Source: Candidatus Saccharimonadota bacterium
GTDB lineage: Bacteria > Patescibacteriota > Gracilibacteria > Absconditabacterales > Absconditicoccaceae
Length of the DNA: 32,000 nt
NCBI GenBank assembly: GCA_030429145.1
Contig: JAUIDC010000001.1
Coordinates: forward strand, 840,001 to 872,000
Direction of reading: 5' to 3'
The translations under genes and the position numbers were made by a program. A model generated the notes under the pieces. That model was not told the origin of the DNA. It made no database searches and worked only from the letters and a program-made list of their open reading frames with translations. Below, piece by piece: positions 1-9,253 of this stretch (position 1 is its first letter; each line of letters starts with the position of its first letter).

Positions 1-227
1 ACAATGAACTTTTGCATGGCGAGATAAAATATTGTCCGCAGGATAGTACACTTCTGAAAAGACGTACTGATGATATGTCTATGGAGGCGATTCAGGCAAG
101 ATTTGATGCCTTCTATAAGGAGACAAAACCTATCCTCGATGAGTATAAAACTGAAGGTAGACTCATAGAAATCAATGGTCAGCAACCTGTAGAGGCTGTT
201 ACGCTCGAAATACTCTCACACCTGTAG
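1..227 (+). CDS. adk: Adenylate kinase, C-terminal fragment (5' end cut by the window edge)
   Basis: Frame 3 is open from the window edge. The sequence ...LHGEIKYCPQDSTLLKRRTDD...RFDAFYKETKPILDEYKTEGRLIEINGQQPVEAV resembles the LID and C-terminal helix region of adenylate kinases. TAG stop at 225-227. Confidence 0.75.
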   Translation, partial: NELLHGEIKYCPQDSTLLKRRTDDMSMEAIQARFDAFYKETKPILDEYKTEGRLIEINGQQPVEAVTLEILSHL

Positions 228-279
228 TATTGAAAAACGCTTAGGGATTCTTATAACTGATAGCATAGTTTATGTCATA

Positions 280-969
280 ATGTTATCAGTCATGCAAAGT
301 TATATGCCGCAAATCGATCCAAGAGATTTATGCTCCGCGCTGAGACTATGCAGTGTCAGACAGTACGGAGACAAATACTACGTTGCCGTCAAGAGACTCG
401 ATGGCAGCATGACTGAGATACCATTTGACGAGATAGCGAATGCAGACAGCTATGAAGGCAAAACAATTAAGAGAATTTACGGCTCATGACATGTCTTCTT
501 CAATGAAGACCGCACAAAGATATTCTTAGTGACTGTAGAAAAAGGTGACAATAAACAGGTGCAATTTACTGGAGGCTCTCCTTTGGAAGAGACTCACCAA
601 CAGGTGGTATATAAGATAGGAAGAGAGGTGAAATTTTACCTTTCGAAGGTAGAAGAAAATGCAATTGCTCGTACAAAAAACAGAACGGGTGTCGAAGTGA
701 TTGATCACTATAACGAAACTCCTCTCGTTGACTGGGCATTGATGGAAAGCACTGATGATGAGGGCAATAGCTACTGGAAACTCGTCTGCCTCCTTCATTA
801 TATCGTGAAGAAATCTTCAGGGAGACTGAAGGCACAAAAAGGCATGGAAAATGTGACTGAAGGAGGACGATACGATGTTGATGCAATTCTTTCATGAAGA
901 ATCCCACATATCGCACCCAATGCTAAACTCATCGTGATGAAATCATTTGAAGTAATGATGGGTGGATAA
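280..969 (+). CDS. Hypothetical protein (229 aa when TGA is read as Gly)
   Basis: Track ORFs 280-489 and 529-897 are in the same frame and are joined by TGA at 487-489. A second TGA at 895-897 is read through to TAA at 967-969. No recognisable domain. Confidence 0.5.
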
Positions 970-1007
970 AAGTAAGTATATTTATTTATTGAATGAGATA
1001 ATCTCAT

Positions 1008-2441
1008 ATGAGTGAACAAAGATTTGGACTGGATAATATCGTAGCATGGGCTAAAAGAAAATGATTTGTCTATCCAGGATCTGATATATACGGCGGCCTC
1101 GCTAATGCATGGGATTACGGTCCATATGGTTCACGGCTCAAGAAAAACATCTCTGATGCTCGATGGAAGTTTTTCGTCACAGAAAGAGATGACATGGTAG
1201 CTTTTGATACAGCTATCCTTGCTCATCCACAAACATGGGTTGCCAGTGGTCATGTTGGTACATTTGGTGATTTTCTTATAGATGACAAAAAGACCGGCCA
1301 GAGATTTAGACCTGATAAGTTAATTGAGGATCATATTGCTGTCCATGGAGTTACAAGAGAACAAGTAAAAGAAAAATATGGCGTGGATAATCTTATTCCC
1401 GAGTCTTGGGGTGCAGAAAAAATGCATGAGTATATTATCAAGGAAGGGATTAAAAATCCTGATGCTAAAAAAGATGCTGACTGGACACAAATTAGAAAGT
1501 TCAATCTGATGCTAGAAACTCACTTAGGTGTAATAGCTGATGAGTCTTCTAGAGTCTATCTTCGTCCTGAGACATGTCAGTCACTCTTTACCAATTTTAG
1601 AAATCTTTGTGATACGACGAGAGTGCGCATACCATTTGGTATGGCACAGATTGGTAAATCATTTAGAAATGAGATTACTCCCGGACAGTTTCTCTATAGA
1701 ACAAGAGAGTTTGATCAGATGGAAATTGAGTATTTTGTAGAAAATAAAGAAGAAAAAGCACAAGAGGCATTTGACATGTGGAAGGACCTTTCGATGCACT
1801 TCTGGAAAAATATTGTACAATTGAAAGATGATAATCTTCGTTTCCGTGAACATGAACAAGACGAGCTTTCACACTACTCTCGCGGTACATTTGATGTAGA
1901 GTATAACTATCCATGGGGATGGGGTGAGCTACAAGGTATTGCAAACAGAGGTGACTTTGATCTCACGCAACATCAAAAAACATCAGGGAAAGATCTACAA
2001 TACAAAGATCCTTATACAGGAGAAAGGTATTTACCGTATGTTATCGAGCCGTCTTTTGGTTTGTCTCGTACTGTCATGGCGGTTATGTTGGATTGTTACG
2101 ATGAAGAAGAGGTAAAAGAAGGAGATAAGCGTGTGGTAGTAAGATTTCCATTTGCTATAGCACCAGTGAAGTACGCTATCTTCCCGTTGATGGAAAAAGA
2201 TGAAAAAATGGCAGGAATTGCGAAAGATATCTCGAAGAATCTCAGAAAACAAGGAATTAATGTAGAATACGATGGCGGTGGAAATATAGGAAAGAGATAT
2301 AGAAGACAAGATGAGATTGGTACACCGTACTGTATCACTGTTGACCATCAAACATTGGAAGATAACACAGTGACTATTAGACATAGAGATAGCATGGAAC
2401 AAGAGAGAATTGCAATAGATCAGATTAGTAGTTTTCAATAA
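1008..2441 (+). CDS. glyQS: Glycine--tRNA ligase, homodimeric class II type
   Basis: ATG at 1008 is in frame with track ORF 1194-2441. The N-terminus reads MSEQRFGLDNIVAWAKRK[TGA]FVYPGSDIYGGLANAWDYGPYG, and the TGA at 1062-1064 sits where GlyRS homologs have RGFVFPGS. The rest is a typical GlyRS catalytic core and anticodon-binding domain. TAA stop. Confidence 0.9.
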
Positions 2442-2470
2442 AAATTATTCTTTATGCATTTATCGTGCAC

Positions 2471-3487
2471 ATGAAACATATAAAAAAATGATTGCTCATT
2501 GGATTAGTTAGTGTGAGTACTCTCTTGCTTACGGGTGGTGCTTTTGCTGCAACAAGAACAAGCGTTGCAGGAGTACCTATCTCTACCTACTGCTCTGTTT
2601 ACGCAAAAGATGTCGCGACTAAGTCTGTTGCTATCAATTTGATCATCAAGATAAAAGATGATCCGACACTGAAAGAGTCACTGATGAGACAGTATGGTAC
2701 ATTTGTATCACTTGGAAAGATCTACTGTCAGGGTGAATTTGCGCCAGAAATGTATGAGATTGTAGTATCAAAGCCACCTGTTATAACCACCACTACTAGT
2801 CCAACAAATAGTACATCGAACATAGATATTTCAAATAACACGCCTATCATCAATACGCAGCAAGGCGTATTTAGCGGGGATGAAGACTACTTTACTGGAT
2901 ATGATGAGACTCCCCTTGCCTCACTCAACAGTCAACAAAGAGAAACTATCAATCAAAGAATCACTAAAGCAAAAAATGAGTTTGTTGAGATCGTCAATGA
3001 ACTTATCCAAGACGGCTGGTTAAAAGCTGAAGATAGAAATGAGATGGCAGGGAAGATCTCTTTCAAGTTTTCAAATAATTGTAATCAGCTCGATGGAAAA
3101 ATCCTTGTCAGACAGTGGTACAATCAGTTCAATGAACCAATAGAAAACGAGCTTATCAATCTATATGTGACGATAAACTTGTGTTTCACCTACAGTTATG
3201 AGGCAAACTATGAGACATTTCTCGATAGAATTATCTACCACGAGCTAGGACACTACTACAATTATTTCCACGATCTGGACAATAGCGAGTTTGCTAAAAT
3301 ATGCCGGCTCGATGGTCAAAATATCTGTGCGAATAGCGACTTCGTTAGCCCATATGCTAAAAGCGAGCCAGACGAAGACTACGCTGAGACTTTTGCCTAC
3401 TATGTCTATGACAAAAAGCCTGTAGAGGGCAATAAACTCCAGCAAAAGATAGACTATTTCAAGATCAGAGATCCAAGGTACCAATAA
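2471..3487 (+). CDS. Secreted HExxH zinc-metallopeptidase-like protein
   Basis: MKHIKK[TGA 2489-2491]LLIGLVSVSTLLLTGGAFA is a signal peptide. There is a Thr/Ser/Asn-rich linker, an IYHELGHYY (HExxH) motif, and a downstream DEDYAETFAYY motif. TAA stop. Confidence 0.6.
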
Positions 3488-3515
3488 CGTTAGTCGATCG
3501 GTTTAATTCATATTG

Positions 3516-3547
3516 ATATGCTATTTTTGACAAATAGCATATTTTTG
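3516..3547 (+). terminator. Rho-independent terminator after 2471-3487
   Basis: Perfect 11-bp inverted repeat ATATGCTATTT (3516-3526) / AAATAGCATAT (3532-3542), with a 5-nt loop and a following T5 run. Confidence 0.6.
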
Positions 3548-3554
3548 ATATAAT
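3527..3554 (+). promoter_or_regulatory. Sigma70-type promoter for 3599-4081
   Basis: TTGACA (3527-3532), a 16-nt spacer, then TGaTATAAT (extended -10, hexamer 3549-3554). The -35 element lies in the loop of the upstream terminator hairpin. Confidence 0.5.
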
Positions 3555-3598
3555 TTTATTATAAGATTTGGAGAATTTTATTTTCTATATGTTCTCTC

Positions 3599-4081
3599 AT
3601 GGTATTTGCAGAAAACTTTGAGCCTCAAGAAAAGAAGGAAAAAGATGCTCAACACACTGAAAGTAAAGAAAAACTTGATAAAGATGACATGGCCAAACAG
3701 GCTATGGAACTCCATAAACACCTTGTTGGGCGTTATGATGACGGAATGTATAATTATGAAAATAAGCAGACAAGAGAAATTTTTGAGGTAAAGATAAAAG
3801 GTAATGACATCGTCCTAGGAGTCACCCACATTGGAGAAAAGAAAGTGCTATTTACCTCAAAGGTTGATAATATTGGTCATTTCAACATCTCTATCCCAGG
3901 TGCAGGGACCGCACGTTACAACCCTGAGACGCACGAATATACAGGTACAGAATGAGGTATAAAACAAGTACAAGAATACCTCAATAGATGCCAAAGATAC
4001 CTCCAAGGAAGCAAAGAAAATATGGATAAAAGCATTGCCGAGAGAGAGTTTGATGATAAGCTCGACAAAGTATATAGATAA
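3599..4081 (+). CDS. Hypothetical protein (160 aa)
   Basis: Track ORF 3599-3955 ends in TGA (3953-3955). Read-through adds 42 charged, helical-looking residues (GIKQVQEYLNRCQRYLQGSKENMDKSIAEREFDDKLDKVYR) up to TAA at 4079-4081, which lies just before a strong terminator. Confidence 0.5.
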
Positions 4082-4100
4082 AAACTTTCCCAAGTGAACA

Positions 4101-4133
4101 AAAAAGCCCTGCTACAAGCGAGCGGGCTTTTTT
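4101..4133. terminator. Bidirectional rho-independent terminator between convergent genes
   Basis: GCCCTGCT (4106-4113) pairs with AGCGGGC (4121-4127). It is flanked by A5 upstream and T6 downstream, and sits between 3599-4081 (+) and clpC (-). Confidence 0.7.
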
Positions 4134-4150
4134 CTCTATAATAGTACTAT

Positions 4151-6742
4151 TTACCTCATCATCTGATCAATGAGCTTAGGCTCTACTTCATCATAGATAT
4201 ATCTATCAATAGGACGAGCACCAAACTGTGGGTCGTAGATCTTATCAATGATCTCTGCTACTTTCTTCTTTGTAAATCTTGGTATCTTGATCTCCTCTTT
4301 TTGCTTCCATGCATCAAGGAACTCATTTACTTTCATCACAAAGATTTCACTCAGATTTTCTTTGCTCAAAGGCTTGAAGACGATAGTATAATCAAGTCTA
4401 TTAAGAAGTTCTGGCTTCATCCACTCTTTCAAGCGAGCCATGATACGCTCTTTTTGACCTTCAAAATCTTTCTCACTCATACCCTTCTCGTCATCGCTAC
4501 TGAATCCAATAGAAGCGATCTTCTTACCAAACTCTTCTGAACCAAGATTTGAGGTCAATACAACGATAGTCGACTTAAAGTCAATCCAGCGCCCCTTATT
4601 GTCTTTCAAATGACCCTCATCAAGCATCTGTAAGAGTATGTTCATCACATCTGGTGACGCTTTTTCGATCTCATCAAAAAGCACAATACTATATGGTTTT
4701 CTTCTTACTGACTCAGTCAACACTCCTCCTTCATCGTAACCTACATAACCTGCAGGAGAACCGATAAGTTTTGAAGCACTATGTTTTTCCATAAATTCTG
4801 ACATATCTACTCTGATAAGCGCTTTTTCATCTCCAAAGTATTGCTTTGCAAGAAGTTTTGCGAGATATGTTTTTCCAACTCCTGATGGTCCGAGGAACAA
4901 GAACGAAGCGATAGGCTTGTTTTTCTGTACAACAGACAGTCTATTTCTCTTGATCGACTTCACAACTGCATCAACAGCCTCTTTTTGTCCAACGATACTA
5001 CCTGAAAGATCACTTTCCAATCTCTTAAGTTTCTCTGTCTCACTCTCTGTCACCATGTGAGCAGGCACACCGATCTTATCAGCGAGTACGTGACCAATAT
5101 CTTCAACTGATACTGTAGGTCTGAGATGTTCAGGTAGTGTATTTTTCATACGAAGCTGCTTCATCTCTGCCTTAATTTTTTCTTCTTGCTCTTTAAGCTC
5201 CGCAGCCTGGAAGTAGTCTTGCTTCTCGATAGCTTTCTCTATCTTTTCCTGCACAGCCATAAGCTTTTCTTCTTGCTTCTGATAGTCGTTATTTTTCTCA
5301 AGTTTTTCATTCATCGTTGACTTTCTCGCAGACGCTTCATCGATAATATCGATAGCTTTGTCTGGTAGATGTTTATTGAGAATATATCTCTTTGAAAGAG
5401 CAACTGACTGCTCTATCGCCTTATCATCAATAATCACTCCATGATAATCTTCAAAGTTTTTCTTGATACCATTGAGGATGTGCATTGTATCAGGGATACT
5501 TGGCTCTTCAACATAGAGCTCCTGAAATCTTCTTTTTAGTGCAGCATCTTTCTCGATATGTTTCTGATACTCATCAAATGTTGTTGCACCGATAAGTTTT
5601 ATCTTACCACGCGCAAGAAGTGGCTTTAACATATTGGCAGCATCTGCACTACCCTCCTGATTTCCTGAACCGATGATCGTATGTATCTCATCGATAAAGA
5701 GGATAATATTGTTTGTCACATCTGCAGCCTCCTCAAGGATAGCTTTCAGTCTTGCTTCAAACTCACCACGATATTTTGTTCCAGCTAAGAGTGATCCCAT
5801 ATCAAGCATCATGATACGCTTGTTTTTTAGCTTCTCAGGAACGTCACCAGCGACGATACGCTGTGCAAGCCCCTCCACGATGGCTGTTTTACCAACACCT
5901 GGCTCACCGAGAAGAAGTGGATTGTTCTTTGTCTTTCTGAGCAGTGTATACATCATTTGCTCGATCTCTTTGTCACGACCTACAACTGGATCAAGGTACT
6001 TATCCTTTGCCTCCATAGTAAGATCTGTTCCGAAAAACTCTATAGTCAATTTCTTGTCATCTCCTTTCTTGTCTTTCCCCATAGTGACAGTACTGCTGTT
6101 TACAGAACTTTCTAGTGGATTACCGTCGTCCATCATTCACTCATCTGGGAAGTCATGTTCCATCGCATTGAGGATGGTATCCATAGACTCTTTCGTCTCA
6201 AACTGAAACATACTTATATCATTTAGCGATAAATTAAGCTGTGAAATAAGTTTACCGATCATGCCGAAAAACGCAACCACGCCAACCTGCTTTACGACAG
6301 GGTTCTGCATAAGCATCATCAGCTTAGTCTTTATGGTTTCAAGGTCTGTATCATGCTCTTGGAGGTAGTGTGCAAGTTGGGTAGACAGTTGGTCAATTGC
6401 TATGTATAATAGTACCAAAAAGTTGTTTTTTGCGTCATTGTACTGCTCGAGCGAATCGAGTCTATTATGCAGATTTGAGTTCAACGAAAGATTCTGGAGC
6501 TGAATTTGTGGCTCAAGATCATTTCCCAAATTATAATAATCAGTAATATATGTCTGAATATGCACTGTATCGTGAAGTCCTAAGAACTTCCAGAACAGCT
6601 CAAAAAATTTCTTTTCCTTCGTATACATAAAGATACCAAGAAACATCTCATCTCCATCTATACTTTTTTTCTGTTTTGTCATACTGAAGATGCTTGCATA
6701 TGCAAGATAACGAATATTATCAGATTGGTTTTTCTTTGCCAT
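4151..6742 (-). CDS. clpC: ATP-dependent Clp protease ATP-binding subunit, ClpC-like class I AAA+ (863 aa)
   Basis: Track ORFs 6137-6742 and 4151-6136 are contiguous in the same frame, joined by one TGA (6137-6139). There are two AAA+ modules (GEPGVGKT and GPSGVGKT Walker A). A short UVR-like middle domain (QDYFQAAELKEQEEKI) favours ClpC over ClpB, and an IGF loop (ASIGFSSDD) suggests ClpP docking. The N-domain is divergent. TAA stop. Confidence 0.9.
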
Positions 6743-6902
6743 CTATCGTATTATACTTTCAAATTAAAATATCCTTCATACTATCTTCTTCTCTTTATCG
6801 TTTATCGTTCTTCATTTTTCTACTTTTCTGGTATCCAAAGTCCAGGGCAAATATCTCATGTATATATACGATGTTACTACTGGTAGTGTGACGATTTACT
6901 TC

Positions 6903-7283
6903 TTATGATTCACTCGACTTATTTTCTTTTTTCTCTGTCGGTTTTTGCTTAATAGCTTTTATCAATCCCGATAGCATTTTTGCTATATCAAGTGCTTCAT
7001 TGTAGAACTCAGTAAAGGTGTTTTCATCGATATAATCAAGCTCTTTTGCAACGTACAGCATGCTGCGTAGTTGCGCAGAGTCTTGTCTTGCCTGACTTAG
7101 ATACGCTGTATTCTCTTTGATACTTTTTCCATGCCCTACGGCGATGTGTGTCCCTATAGAGAGACACGGAGCACATATAAGCTCTCTCATCAGCAAATCA
7201 TCGATGCTTGAGAAGTGCTGATAGAGATTGATGCTCAAATCCTTTGCCTTTTGTCGGCAGTGAAGTTCTTCAAATGTTTTCAT
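6903..7283 (-). CDS. Four-helix-bundle protein (23S rRNA intervening-sequence protein / Avd-like family)
   Basis: MKTFEELHCRQKAKDLSINLYQ...CAPCLSIGTHIAVGHGK...YLSQARQDSAQLRSMLYVAKELDYIDENTFTEFYNEALDIAKMLSGLIKAIK follows the family pattern (F.dL.vWqkA..L...iy, a.SI..NIAEG, ArgS..E......a..l.yi). No in-frame TGA. TAA stop. Confidence 0.75.
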   Translation of the reverse strand: MKTFEELHCRQKAKDLSINLYQHFSSIDDLLMRELICAPCLSIGTHIAVGHGKSIKENTAYLSQARQDSAQLRSMLYVAKELDYIDENTFTEFYNEALDIAKMLSGLIKAIKQKPTEKKENKSSES

Positions 7284-7355
7284 TTTTGTTTTTATATGAG
7301 AAGGATAAAAAGTTTTACCCTCAGACTTTGGAACATTTTTGTTTTTGTGCTATAC

Positions 7356-7535
7356 TTAGTCTTTCTTCTTTTTCTTCAATTTTTTCATCTCATCTACTCC
7401 TCCCTTCACGAAATCTCTCGCCTTCCTTCGAAAGCTCTTTCACTTCGGCGTCATACTCGCACCCACTCCAAGGATTGTCGTCCCCAAAATGGCTCAGATG
7501 AGCAACTTATTCAACTTTTTCTCTATTTTTGGCAT
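7356..7535 (-). CDS. YtxH-like small membrane-associated protein (59 aa, tentative)
   Basis: Not in the ORF track because of two in-frame TGAs. The sequence is MPKIEKKLNKLLI[G]AILGTTILGVGASMTPK[G]KSFRRKARDFVKGGVDEMKKLKKKKKD. A Gly-rich hydrophobic helix followed by P-K-G-K-x-x-R and a charged helix resembles YtxH-type proteins. TAA stop at 7356-7358. Confidence 0.45.
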
Positions 7536-7644
7536 TCGTATCACGTACACAATTAAAGTGCTACATTTATAGACAATTGCTCTATAATTACAAGAGGTTT
7601 CGATACACAATCTGTTGATAATATCGCGAGATGAGAGAATATAA

Positions 7645-7672
7645 TTGACTTTCGTCTTTAAGATGCTATAAT
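7645..7672 (+). promoter_or_regulatory. Sigma70-type promoter for 7701-8108
   Basis: TTGACT (7645-7650), a 16-nt spacer, then TGcTATAAT (hexamer 7667-7672). Confidence 0.55.
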
Positions 7673-7700
7673 CTTCCTATCAACAAAAAAACAACTACCA

Positions 7701-8108
7701 ATGGCAACAACAAACCAAAGTACACAAAGACGAGATGAAATCTTAAAAGCTATCACAGAGTATTTCCCTCAGCCGTTTAAGAGCAATGAAGAGAAACGCT
7801 TTTTCCCAGAACATGATGCCTTTGATCACGTAGAGCTTGCTGGAATTTCTGACTTTCAGGAAGTAATGCTCGTTGCTCACCCAGACTATGAGCTTCCCAG
7901 CAAAGACCTTGTCATAGCATGGGACGGGATAAGTGAAGACCACGTGGGTATTGTCTCCGTAAAAATTACTTCTCCTTCACAAGAGAAGACAGTCATCATC
8001 AAATATGATAATGCTGCTGACGACATTATAGTGGAAGGAGTCGAGCCCGAACTAGCAGAACTCGTCAAAAAATATTTATTCTGCAGAGCTAAAGGACACA
8101 TTGATTGA
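7701..8108 (+). CDS. Hypothetical acidic protein (135 aa if TGA at 8106-8108 acts as the end)
   Basis: Intact ORF with no internal TGA, a consensus promoter upstream, and a canonical terminator 18 nt downstream. Its only nearby stop is TGA. Under table 25 the frame stays open to TAA at 8307-8309 (see findings). Confidence 0.5.
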   Translation: MATTNQSTQRRDEILKAITEYFPQPFKSNEEKRFFPEHDAFDHVELAGISDFQEVMLVAHPDYELPSKDLVIAWDGISEDHVGIVSVKITSPSQEKTVIIKYDNAADDIIVEGVEPELAELVKKYLFCRAKGHID

Positions 8109-8125
8109 GAACTATGTAAAACATT

Positions 8126-8149
8126 GCCGGTGGATAAACCGGCTTTTTT
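8126..8149 (+). terminator. Rho-independent terminator
   Basis: GCCGGT (8126-8131), loop GGATAA, ACCGGC (8138-8143), then T6. Confidence 0.7.
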
Positions 8150-8180
8150 ATTATATAAATACACTATACAGATCTTTATA

Positions 8181-8208
8181 TTGACTTATCTACATAAATA
8201 CATAAAGT
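8181..8208 (+). promoter_or_regulatory. Possible promoter for 8239-8580
   Basis: TTGACT (8181-8186), a 16-nt spacer, then TAAAGT (8203-8208). The architecture matches the 7645 and 9254 promoters but the -10 is weaker. Confidence 0.35.
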
Positions 8209-8238
8209 CTATGCTACTAAATCAAATACGCAATACGC

Positions 8239-8580
8239 ATGGAACTGAAACTATATACATTAAAAAATGGAGATACTATTCTTCTCCATCGAAAACGAAA
8301 CAATGGTAAATACCAGATTGGTATGCATGCCATAAACTTGAACTCTCCTCATTTGAGGATCAAGACCTACAACAATAGTCGTCTCTCTAATGAAGTCATC
8401 ATTCATGAGACAGACGCAAGAAACATACTCAACGCTCATTTACAAACTGACTTCTATCAAGGCGTACATGTAGCAGGCAAGCATACTTCTACCGAACAGA
8501 CAAAAAAGCGGTTGGAACAAGTCTGTAAATTACTGGATATGAAATATGTAGAGCCGAAAGTAAAAGAAGCTATTGCCTAA
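8239..8580 (+). CDS. Hypothetical protein (113 aa)
   Basis: Intact ORF from ATG to TAA with no in-frame TGA. No recognisable motif. Confidence 0.5.
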   Translation: MELKLYTLKNGDTILLHRKRNNGKYQIGMHAINLNSPHLRIKTYNNSRLSNEVIIHETDARNILNAHLQTDFYQGVHVAGKHTSTEQTKKRLEQVCKLLDMKYVEPKVKEAIA

Positions 8581-8610
8581 CGGCAAGATGTGGTTAACAA
8601 GAATTATTGG

Positions 8611-8646
8611 TTTTTCAGTCCCTGGTTTTCTGGGGGCTGTTTTTTT
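8611..8646. terminator. Bidirectional terminator between 8239-8580 (+) and the HD gene (-)
   Basis: CAGTCCCTGG (8616-8625), loop TTTT, CTGGGGGCTG (8630-8639), giving a 10-bp stem with G-U pairs. T runs lie on both sides. Confidence 0.55.
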
Positions 8647-9205
8647 ATTGGAAATACCCATAAAAGCTCTTCACCTGACTCCAATAGGTCTCAAGAAATT
8701 CTTTGTATAATGGATGATCAGCAAAATACTTATTGCCGTAGTAGACAAATAGTGGTGCTTTGATAAAAAGATAACCTTTTCTTTGTTCTAGAGTACAATG
8801 ATGGCACTCTGATAAGTTGTGTATCATGTCTGCTAATTTCACTGCCCAGGCATCTATATTTTCTTCATCTATCATCCTCTGCATCATCTCCCACCAAGCT
8901 GTTTCTTTTTCTGTCTGTGAAACGAGGTCAACTAAATGCACCGTTTTCTCACTATATCATAGGTCTTTTAACTGTTCAAATGTATATCCTCCATCCTCTA
9001 CTATATCATGAAGGTATCACGCATATACTATATCCTCATCAAATCCATATTTCTTCAATAACTCCCCTACTGCAACTGAATGGAGATAGATATCTGTCTT
9101 CAAACCTATACGTTGTCCAGGGATTGCTTTCTTCAATAGTTCAATTGTCTCTTCTCTAGTTGGCATATATTTCACATTTTTATTATAAAAAGCCATCATA
9201 CCCAC
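8645..9205 (-). CDS. HD-domain phosphohydrolase, SpoT/RelA N-terminal hydrolase-like (186 aa)
   Basis: Track ORFs 9017-9205 and 8645-8941 are in the same frame and are joined through TGA at 9017-9019 and 8957-8959. The sequence ...LHSVAVGELLKKYGFDEDIVYA[G]YLHDIVEDGGYTFEQLKDL[G]YSEKTVHLVDLVSQ shows the H...HD signature and resembles (p)ppGpp-hydrolase-type HD domains. TAA stop. Confidence 0.65.
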
Positions 9206-9253
9206 GCCTTGTCTCTATATCAAGGGATAGATTTTCTTCTACACACACTTGCG

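Noticed and set aside
5673-6206. Long track ORFs antisense to or overlapping real genes: 5673-6206, 10552-10809, 12008-12349, 12147-12449, 14137-14436, 15804-16388, 21045-21518 and 22782-23114, among others.
   Set aside because: Each overlaps a gene with strong family motifs in another frame or strand. Their sequences are low-complexity or unlike proteins, and open antisense frames are expected in this composition.
7290-7560. A structured ncRNA (tmRNA, RNase P, SRP or 6S) in the apparently empty spacer.
   Set aside because: None of the conserved signatures I know appear (RNase P GAGGAAAGUCC, the SRP GGAA/AGCA domain IV motif, a tmRNA tRNA-like end ending CCA). The region is better explained by the 59-aa YtxH-like ORF.
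6743-7700. A diversity-generating retroelement around the Avd-like gene.
   Set aside because: The window contains no reverse transcriptase ORF in any frame under table 25, and I could not see a template/variable repeat pair. It is kept only as a low-interest pointer for a genome-wide check.
7881-7890. A fourth copy (CCAGACTATG, 10 nt) of the repeat found around 19575-20744.
   Set aside because: It lies inside a coding region (encoding PDYE), lacks the flanking G, and a single 10-mer match in 64 kb of two-strand sequence is within chance expectation.
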